From the NCBI GenBank assembly GCA_030264375.1, contig JASCQW010000162.1, positions 45,106,001 to 45,170,000 on the forward strand: a stretch of DNA of 64,000 nucleotides, in the 5' to 3' direction. Both the position numbers and the translations under genes were made by a program. The notes beneath the pieces were generated by a model. The model was not told where the DNA came from, searched no databases, and worked only from the letters and a program-made list of their open reading frames with translations. The stretch's first letter is position 1, and each line of letters begins with the position of its first letter. The DNA is from Carcharhinus longimanus. Lineage: Eukaryota. This document shows positions 54,385 through 64,000 of the stretch, piece after piece.

Positions 54385-55919
54385 CTTTATTAAATGTGTG
54401 TGTGTGTGGGGGGGGAGGTTGCAAGAGAGAAAATAAGAACGTTGTTTACAACCGTGTTTCATTACGACTTGCAAACGAAGCTGACCTGTTTCTTATTTGC
54501 AGTCATATTCCGATATGCAAATTTGAAATAAGTAACCATGCACCCTCAAGTTTCAATTATTCCCGACATAACAGTACTGCTCTTGCAATATCGTATACAA
54601 ATCCTGGAAATATTCGATTGCATACAACGTCATCCGAAACAAAACTAAAAGCATGATAGACTTTTCAGATTTAATATGTAACGTGTTTTTATTTGGCCAC
54701 GGTGCCCCTCTCTCAGGTACACACAACATTGTTTGCTGACCTGGACTATTTATGAAGTTGGTTTAGAGTGAACGAAAAGTCAAACTGGACAAAAAAAAAA
54801 CGGGTGCAAAGTGTAGATCCACTACTTGACCTTTATTGAAAATGCGGTGTAGCTGTGGTACAATTTCTGTGTTTAATGGTCTATATTACGATGATCGCTG
54901 GTCATTATACCCTGCGTGTTTAATTGTCTGTGACAAAACCATCCACATTACAGATTAAACTGCGTATCAAGCGCTAGCGTGCGTTTTTGGCAACGTGGAC
55001 GAGCTTTGTACAATTTTGTCCATCCTACTTAACAGTGGTGAAGCAGAGTTTTACCCTATAAGGAAATGCTGAAAGGCATTTAAATTATCCGAGATTTCTC
55101 GTGATTTTACACGTTCCAGTGTAACTTTCTCCAGCAAAATTCTAAGTTTGTGGACGCACCCAATAACATATCAAAAAAGCTTTCACTAGATGTGTACTGC
55201 ATATCAGGAAAAAGATGGAAATTAAACTGATTACAATTCAGATTTTTCATAAATCCAATTAAAATGCGTTACCAAAATGGACATTAAATTTACTGTTGTT
55301 CTATTTGCAATAAATTTAGTTTAATATATAAACATGCAGCATCCTTATAAGTTCTTCATTTTAGTTAACGAATTCCCATTGTTACGCACACCGTCAGTAT
55401 TTTTTAAAGATCATGTTATTCCCTCAAAACGCCTAACCTGTTCCCAGTTTCGGATGATCAAACTGTGATGCATCTTTCAATAAAACACGTTTGAATAAAT
55501 GGACACGGGGTCACAAAATACGGGTCTATCAAATTATCGTATTCCAGGAACTTTGAATTATATTCAAGTAGCGATAATGTAATAAGTAAAACTCAGAACT
55601 TATTTACAACACCTCAACTGTGACAAGCATTTGTGAGTATTACACTTGCATGCACAGTACAGATGGGGCATGTTTTGCAAACGCACAATTTGATTTACAG
55701 TTTTATTAAAAACATGACACTCCTCAGGTGGTTTTTAGTCGATCGAACTTGCTTGTATTAAGAGTGCCTTTGATAGGCACGCACAGATAGTAGCGCCATC
55801 CACACACTTTGTAGGTGAACCATAACAACGTCTTTCCTGGCGCTGGAACTTGTCTCAACTAAGTTCTGATACTTCCTAAAGCATTTTATCGACTGACTGG
55901 AGACTTTAGTCCGACTTAC

Positions 55920-56152
55920 CCTGGGTTTGCTGCCAGTCGCCCCCGGTCTGATGGAGCCTGTCTCCTGGTATCTGCAGAGGATTTTCGAGACACAGCCGTG
56001 GGAGACCCTCAGCTGGCGAGAGATGACACACGGTCTGATGCCGTGATGGGCCATTTCCACTATCTTGTGCCTGATGTGATTTGGCAAAGGCCGGCCATTT
56101 ATAAAAACTCCTCCGAGTTGGTTCACTCTCCCTTGACCTAGAGGCGTTGACA
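55920..56152 (-). CDS. pax3: Pax3 exon 2, paired domain PAI subdomain and linker
   Basis: Acceptor AATAG|TG. Translates (V)[77 protein letters not shown]. Donor AGG|GTAAGT; 233 nt, in frame with exon 1. Confidence 0.97.
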
Positions 56153-57025
56153 CTATTTACAGTAAAAACATCAGCATTAATAAACCGTTTTAAACGGGAC
56201 CTCGCAGATAAGAGAGGAAATCGAAAGACATCACACCGATGCTTACGAGCACATCCGTCAACAAGAGGTGTTTATATATTGTTACACAATTCACTTGCAG
56301 GAAACATGCTCAAAACAGACAGATCCTTACTCCTATCTGTCACTTGACAATATTTGAAATGTGACGATAAAGTTTGGACTTGATAGTTCGGAGATGTTAA
56401 TGCATATCCTTGGAATGATTGCCGTTCAAGCTCTGTCATCACAATACTTAAATATATCTTTGGCTCGCCCCCTTCACAAACATTTTGTATGAGAAGAAAA
56501 TCCCCCAGATGCCTTCAAACATGCTTTTAAAACAGCAATTCACTCACCGGGCGTAGCCCGGTATTTACAATGAACTGTCTAACTCAGCAAGCGGGCGCAC
56601 CAGCGTTCAGCATGTGGGCAATGAATAACACTTTAAAACAACAAGCTAAAGAGATATTTGAAACAACAAAGGAGTTTTGTTTCTGATTGATTTCACCTCA
56701 AACTTCGAAGATGCACCTATTGCGCCAATAAATATTGAAACGGGAATAAAATCTACTCACTGCATATATTGAACATGATACTTGGAGAATGTACGTTAAA
56801 GAAACTTTTTGTTTTAAATGCCGTCCGCGGGGGGAGAAAAGACCAATGCGGTTACACAATTAAAAGAAAACATTACTGAGAGTCCGAAAACTCATAATGT
56901 CTTGCCGTTGGCGTCGCACAGAAAAGTTAGGATTCTGTGTGTGTGTGCGCCTCTCACCCCCGTCCCGTCCTTTCCCTCCTCCCTAAAGTACTGGACTAGA
57001 AAACTAAAAGTCAGCCAAAGCTCAC

Positions 57026-57113
57026 CTTCCAGTGGGAACCCGCTGCTCCGAGGATAGCTCTGTCCCGGGGCTGGACGCATCATTCTTGGGACCGGTCCAG
57101 CCAACGTGCTCAT
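57026..57113 (-). CDS. pax3: Pax3 coding exon 1 ([29 protein letters not shown] + 1 nt)
   Basis: ATG at 57113-57111. Peptide matches the Pax3 N-terminus (human [28 protein letters not shown]). Donor GAAG|GTGAG at 57025; 88 nt, phase 1. Confidence 0.96.
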
Positions 57114-57539
57114 TTTTAAACACGTTCAGTCCCAGATTTTCCTGTGGATTGTCGAAGGGGAGGGTGNNNNNNNNNNNNNNNNNNNNNNNNNNNNNNNNNN
57201 NNNNNNNNNNNNNNNNNNNNNNNNNNNNNNNNNNNNNNNNNNNNNNNNNNNNNNNNNNNNNNNNNNNNNNNNNNNNNNNNNNNNNNNNNNNNNNNNNNNN
57301 NNNNNNNNNNNNNNNNNNNNNNNNNNNNNNNNNNNNNNNNNNNAATAGTAATTTCAATCCTACCCCAGACACTAAACCGGCGGAGGTGGGGCGTGGGGGG
57401 GTGGTGGGGGTGCTGTGGTGGTGGTTGAATTGGCAGAGTTTTTTTTCTGAAGTTTATGAAGTCGGTGCTGATGTTTCGTGTGTTGCTCTGGTATGTGTGA
57501 CAGGTATAACTGTGGTCCAAGGGTTAGGAATTGTAGTCA

Positions 57540-57840
57540 CAGCCAGCAGTCGATGGGACGGTGACCTGGAGCATTTATCAGTTCTCCCACCCCTGGCTCC
57601 ATCGAGACCCCTGTTTTCTGATTGGCGAACAGGCGAGATTCTTCTCTATGGAAACGTGCACTTTGATTGGCCAATCCCTGCAATCTCCCTTTCCCATCAC
57701 TGGGAATATGATTTTTTTTCGCTTCTCTCTAAGTAAACGTGCGGCTGCAGCAGTTAAAGCAACCTGTCCTACTTTGCCTATCTTAACGCAGGACAGCTTG
57801 CATTCATTATCAACCACAAATCTAAAAATATGTCCCTTTT
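57540..57840 (-). promoter_or_regulatory. Probable pax3 proximal promoter
   Basis: About 0.45-0.7 kb upstream of the ATG. CCAAT boxes (plus-strand GATTGG near 57620; palindromic ATTGGCCAAT near 57666) and a minus-strand GATAAAT near 57575. CpG-retaining. The TSS cannot be fixed because the 5' UTR is partly N (57167-57343). Confidence 0.55.
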
Positions 57841-58229
57841 TCTCTCTCTCTCTTTCGAGCAGATTGCCTCCGGGGCAAACTTTTGTGTTTGGAGTCAAAT
57901 GAAAAACGTCTCTGAAGGCAGCACATCATTTCTCGATGTTCTAAACTGTTATTAGTAATACAATTCGCCAACAATTAGCCCAACTGCTCTCTAAAACCGA
58001 GCTCTACTCTGGAAAATTAAATTGCTGTGGGGGGGGGGGGGTGGCTGCGATTTGTGGGACACTTCCTAGTGGACGAGAGCTGAGAATAACAAAAAAAGCT
58101 CTCAGGTATAAGGCAGGGCACTGTGATGAACACAGACTAATCAAGCCCTCGCATATTCTGGGGGTTTATATGTGTAAGTATTAAGAACCAAAAAAAAGGA
58201 AGAGAAAGAAATGGTCTGACTGAGAGCAG

Positions 58230-58460
58230 AAGCGCCACAGCAGGATATGACGCCAGGACTGTTGTAAAGCCCGTCTGTCCTCAGAGAAGGTACTATTGTC
58301 TGAGTCCTCTATTTATAACTTGCTAACTGCCGGTAAACTCATCCTTTACACTCTGATCTTCAAGCACAGCCATCCAAGTGGGCTTTATTTGGAAGCGGCT
58401 ATTCAAAAAACCCTGTCAGTCTGGCGCGGAACTTTATTCAAAGCCTTAATCAATCAAACG
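58230..58460. promoter_or_regulatory. Candidate upstream neural-crest-type enhancer (Pbx/Hox, Meis, Cdx, TCF motifs)
   Basis: Minus-strand TGATTGAT 58449-58456, TGACAG 58413-58418, TTTATT 58384 and 58433, TTCAAAG 58437-58443. About 1.3 kb upstream of the ATG. Confidence 0.5.
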
Positions 58461-61064
58461 ATGAGATAGTTAAGACTACGCTTTGTTTGAGAGACGCTTG
58501 CAAAAGAGAAACAACCTCCTTTTGGCAAAAAAAAGTCATCGCTTTCACTTTACTGATTCTTAATCTCAACAATTGTTCTCTTCTACCAGAAACACAATGA
58601 TTATCCAATGACGTAACACAAAGAAAGATTAAAAAGAGTCATTGGCTATTATATTAGTTCTCCCCCCTTTTTAAAAAAGTTGTTTAAAAGCAGCACTTAA
58701 AACAGCATCACCCCGTTTACAGTGATCAGCTCGCCTTGCTCAGGACCAGAGTTAACCCAGAGTACACAGAGAGACAGAGTGAGGTCTCTGCATTTTTTGG
58801 GATTCAATCAGAAACCAATGACCGTAACCAAGTTCCCCAATCAAACTCTTCCTCGACGCTTTACTTCACTTCTGTTTAGGGGCGTTTAGATTTCTTTTTT
58901 CGCTCTTCAACGGAGGATTCGTTGGTCTTGACTTGTGTAAATGGACTCACGTAACGTGCAAATCCTTCCCAGTCATTTACTTTACAAAACTACTGTCAGA
59001 AGTGTACAGGTTTGATTGCACCCCGTTCACACACATTTTACAGCTCAAGTTTGCGAGTTATTCAAGGAAGGAAAATCGCATTCCCATGCGACGTGACAGA
59101 TATTACATATAATAAAACAGGCTAGTTTTAAGGGAAAGAGTAAATTAGGTGATGACGAGACTGGTGGGTAGGGGTCGAAATGCCAGAATTGTCATTAAAG
59201 TAGCTAGGGATTATAAATTACAAAATAGACAAGCGAATATACCCCAGATCAGGTGCCATTTAATTGGATCAGGATTTGAGATGAATACGGTCAGTGACAG
59301 TGGGTTATACCAATCAAACGTATACGGTTAAAAAACGAACACATCTTGAAATAGCATTCTGCCATTCCTTTGAGCTGGGAGGTTTTTTGTTGCAAATACG
59401 TGTCGATTGGGTTTTTGTTGAAACTAGATCTGTTTAAACGACGGACCATGAGTCGATCAAGCAATCGGAATTTTAAGAGTTATGCATTACATTCAACAAA
59501 ACTTCGATGTCTACAGTCATTTTTCACGTTGTTTGATGGCTGTGTGGGCATGTGAGACTTTGGAGAAAGCACACTTCACAAATAAGTGTGCAGACATCCG
59601 CTATTCCCAATCGAGGGACTGCAAAGTTTCAACACCTCATGTTTAAAACTACGATTCTAATTTTACTAATAAATAACATTGGATCTGTTACATTTCGTTT
59701 ATCTCATCTCTTGCACATATTGGCATTTAGATCGTTCCTTTAGTGACACATTTGCAAACCCAGTTGTTTTATTTTCGTTTAGCACGATATTTGTCTCAGT
59801 AACCTATTAACAATTAATTTCATGCATCGTTCTAACTTCTTGCTGTCATCCAATAACGATTCGAGTACTGTTGTGCGAAATGCACAGGGATCTTTCAATT
59901 GTACTCATTTCTTATAATCGCGTACCTATCTCAAAAACATTGGAAAAATATCCAGTGAACAATGCTAAGAATAATCAAAATTATTAACTAATTACCAGTT
60001 AATACATGATACAATATCGATATGTTAAATTAATGCATGAATGTGATACATGGCATTTAAGGAATTAACATGCAAGAAGTAACATATAAAATAGCAATTT
60101 TATGGAATTGAAGAATTTAACTTGTAACCAAGCATGAGTAAATATCGCAAACAATCAAAAGAGGCACTTCCTTCAAAATAATTATTGATAGACTTAGCAC
60201 ACATCAGATCTTTTAAGATACATGATTAACCTTCTCTGTTATTGAATTGCTTTCTTTATAACAAAAGGGAAATAATTATCGGTATTGATAGTTAAGAGTT
60301 GCATATCAACAACGTAACTAATGCGTTCTAATGATGCTCTCACCTGGCCTCCAAGATTGCATTGTGTGCTGTTTCTAGAGCCAATCTAACACTCTTTATT
60401 TCTAACTGCTTTCCCTCACTCGGCATGATAGGAAAATGTAGACTGCAAACTCCACCAGATTGTCATGACAGGTATACCTCTGTTTGGAAGGGGTGGGGAT
60501 TATTGGAATTGTTTTATATTCAACAAATAAGGAGGTTTGGAGCTAGGAAATTAAGCTTTATCCATGATCAGAAACCCAATGTCAACAGCAAACTCTCTGG
60601 GGCTACACTCAGCACAACTAGGTGGAGAATAAATCTCCCTCTCCTTTGCCTTAAGAATCTCTGAAGAGCACTTCCTATTCCACCAGGATGGCATTGTTTT
60701 CATTTCCCACTCTAATCATCCTTGGTTCTCTCGAGTTGAATTGTCAATTAGTGTTAAATTAGGGATTGTTTTGTGTCAAGAGGCCCATGCTCTTCTGGAC
60801 TGGATTAAAGACCTTTACAACTAGGAAGCAGAAAAGATATTTATCCCAACATTTGAATTGGATTGAAAGGGGTCCCATTAGGGAAAGGTCAGTGTCTATC
60901 CCCTGCACTATCTAGTTCCCCACACTGGGTTAAAAAAAACAACTTAATAGTGCAGTTGTATGAGGATCTGATGAGTTTTTGTAAATGACTCTGCAAATTA
61001 CGAAACCAAATGGTCTGAAACCTTTGTAGTGGGATAAACTAAGAATATTACACTGTATAAAGGG

Positions 61065-61410
61065 GGAGGTGATGGCAGACTGATATTGTCACTGGACTAG
61101 TAATGCAAAGCACTGCTCTGAGGACCCAGGTTTAAATCTCGTCACTGCAGGTGGTGAAATTTGAATTCACTAAAAATCTGTAATTTAAAGTCTAATGATG
61201 ACCATGAAATTATTGTCGATTGTTGTAAAAACCCATATGGATCACTAATGTCCTTTAGAGAAGGAAATTTATCACCCTTACACAGTCTGACCTACATGTG
61301 ATTCCAGATCCACAGCTATGTGGTTTATTCATAACTGCTCACTCAAGGGGCAATTAGGGATGGCGATAAATGCTGGCTCAGCCAGTTACATGAAGACATT
61401 AAAAAAAGTT
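61065..61410 (+). mobile_element. Second tRNA-derived SINE family; related pieces at about 20130-20460, 25775-26010 and 45690-45860
   Basis: Head TATTGTCACTGGACTAGTAAT and tail TCAAGGGCAATTAGGGATGG...ATAAATGCTGG recur across these copies. Confidence 0.65.
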
Positions 61411-62364
61411 CATCATTGTTTATTCAGACGATGCACAATCCTTTCTTCCAAGATTTCTTTCCAAGGTATTCTGCAACTATGATCCCCATTCCTCAAGTCC
61501 CTTTCCCAAAAGATCAATCAAGTGAACATCAAGTTTAATGTTCAAGGAATTGATGCAGACAAAGCATTAAGAATATCAATATTTTACAAAAGAATGTACA
61601 TCAATGGTTTGCTTAAATTGTATTTAAATATTGTAGAGCTAAGCTTTAAATTCTGAACCTGGGCTTAAACTAACTCCAGCTTTTGGCAGTGTGAGAATCT
61701 CTGGAGGACATAGTTTGAATTGCTGGTGGTGAAATTCTATGCATACATGGAGAAATGAATGTTTAAACCCGTTCTGCAGCAATAATTACCACTGGATTCA
61801 AGAAGCTGGCCAACTACTGGATTCAATAATGTCACATATCACATTGCATCATTGTCCAAATGGTTTACCCAAGCATTAGAAATACATTTTTTCATGGTCT
61901 ATTACTGAACACACAGCAAATTCGAATCCTGGTTGCCATTTATGTGGATGCAAAACAATCAATGAGTTTGCAAAGAATTATATTGTCCAAAATTATTAAT
62001 TTATTAATAAAATTATTGATTATTAATTTATTAATAATTAATTATTTTAGCACTTAGAACTGTAAATGTATTTGTTTCCATTCTGCCATCAGAATGTTTC
62101 TAATATAAGGAAAAACAAATATTATTATTATACTGCAAAATAAAATGAAGCAAATAACTCAACTGACAGCAGAACAATTGAGAAATAGTGACCACAACAT
62201 CACTACACTCAGGGTGAAAACAAAAAAGGATAATTAAGAGTGAGAAATAAGGGTACTGGACCTTTGGAGAAAGAATCAATGAGGTAAGGGTGAGGTCCAA
62301 ATTAACTGAACAGGTGGATTGGTAAATACAACAACTGTCATCAGTAAAGTTCTTCACATATAAA

Positions 62365-62657
62365 AAGTTTTTATTTATTACTCTCACAAATAGGCTTATG
62401 TTATCATTGCAATGAAGTTACTGTGAGAATCCCCTAGTTGCCACGCTCCAGCACCTATTCAGATACACTGAGGGAGAATTTATCATGGCCAATGCACCTA
62501 ACTAGCACTTCCTTCAGACAGTGGGAGGAAACAGGAGCACCTGGAGAAAACTGACACATACATGGGGGAGAATGCACAGACAGTGACCGAAGCTGGGAAT
62601 CAAACCAAAGTCCCTGATGCTGTGAGGCAACAGTGCTAACCATTGTGCCACCGTGCC
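62365..62657 (-). mobile_element. Full-length SINE, tail type B
   Basis: Family match from head to tail. Confidence 0.85.
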
Positions 62658-63049
62658 ATCTGTAGGTGATATAAAATAAGAGTATGGCATATATTGACAA
62701 GGTGAAATAGGGCATATCAAATTATAGTATATTAAAGTTAAACAATGAAATTACAAATTAACAGCTAAAATGAGGCATAAAACTAATGTTCATATTATCA
62801 AAGGAAATTGTGAAGACTATAAAGGACCAATTGGTAAAATTAAAGGAAATAATAAGGATATTTTATTGTTTAAATAAAAGATTGATTCCAAAGGAGGCAG
62901 GATTTAGGGATGAACAGAAAATGTAATTGTGGAGGATGAAAATATTACATAAATGTGTGGAAATGCTAAGTAAATGTGAGTGAGTTTTGCAAATGATAAC
63001 TGTTAGTGTATTATAGAATGAAGTGGAACACCACTGTGGGAAAGGAAAT

Positions 63050-64000
63050 AAAAGTGTGAGCAGAACTCAAAATGGTTACAGCACTGGTCCCTAATGATAT
63101 GGATAGTGCTTTCAAGGAGGTCTGAGAGAGTTTAGCTGGATTCTGACCACAATTTTTCAATCATCCTTAGCTATGTAAATTATGAAGGGTAATTATAGAA
63201 CAATTTTGGTGAGCCATTTATGGGCAAACTCTTTGAATCTAAAATGCGATACCAAAAGACATCTAGAGAATTATGGGTTATCAAGGACAGCCAACAGAAA
63301 AGTCACATTTAACAAATTTATTTTATTTAACTGACTGCACAGACAGAGGAAATGTGGCACAGTTTAGACGTATTTTCTGAAAAAAATTGATAGCGTGTCT
63401 CAAAGGAATCTTATCAGAAAAATTCAGGTGAATGATATAAAAGATGAATAGCCTAGAAAGAAATGTTGTTGATGGACAGGAGACAAGGAGTTAGGATAAA
63501 TAGATATTGCTTGTATTCAAAAAAGACTGGAAGATGTGTACCCCAAAGATTCTGTGCTCTGTCCAATTTCATCTTGTTTCATTTAGATCATTTGGATAAA
63601 AGCGTGGGCAGCATTCTTTGCTGATGACACCAAACTAGAGGTTTGAGGGGCAGGTGGGACACAGTGGGAAGGGCTGATATAAGCTTCAAAAAGGAATAGG
63701 CAGGTTAGCAGAATGGGCAGAGAGGTGACAATTGCAAATAATTGTGGAGGAGTGTCCAATTATTTATTCTGGGATGGACAAAAGGGGATGGAAGTATGCA
63801 TATGAAGGAGACGCTGAAGATAAAGATATAATGCAATAAAACGATAACAAAAGACCAATGTATTTTATAAGTAAGGAAAGCGCGCAAGAATAAAGAAGTA
63901 ATTGCAAGTTTATGGTTAGAGCAAGATAGAGTGCTTTGTGTAGTTTTGAGCACTCCATTATTGAAAGGAGATGAAAGATTATTGAGACAGTATGACATAG
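63050..64000 (+). mobile_element. Highly degenerate CR1-type LINE RT fragment
   Basis: TTTGCTGATGACACCAAACTA (FADDTKL) near 63618, with other decayed RT motifs. Confidence 0.65.

Noticed and set aside
61990-62050. AT-rich quasi-repeat (AATTATTAATTTATTAAT); also (AAT)n near 53760 and (CA)n near 48890
   Set aside because: Ordinary simple repeats.

Overview
Vertebrate genomic DNA, almost certainly from a shark or other elasmobranch, judged by HE1/V-SINE-type SINEs, CR1 LINEs and Penelope-like repeats. The assembly has many N gaps. The window holds coding exons 1-5 of pax3 on the minus strand. They splice in frame to 786 nt (262 codons): paired domain, octapeptide and the homeodomain up to helix 3. 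Later exons lie beyond position 1. Intron 4 is 50.9 kb, with a repeat-rich part and repeat-poor blocks that look like enhancers. Highlights: (1) a 4.1-kb TSD-flanked insertion bounded by Penelope-like termini carries unrelated genomic DNA and splits an older GIY-YIG Penelope relic; (2) it ends in an intact-looking minimal hammerhead ribozyme; (3) the normally invariant paired-domain linker GAIGGSKP reads GATGSKP, and the Q+/Q- NAGNAG acceptor is lost; (4) intron-4 read-through begins GKRW, like human PAX3A; (5) a near-perfect 73-nt intronic hairpin. Comparisons to other species are from memory, not from searches. Most entries in the ORF track are spurious.
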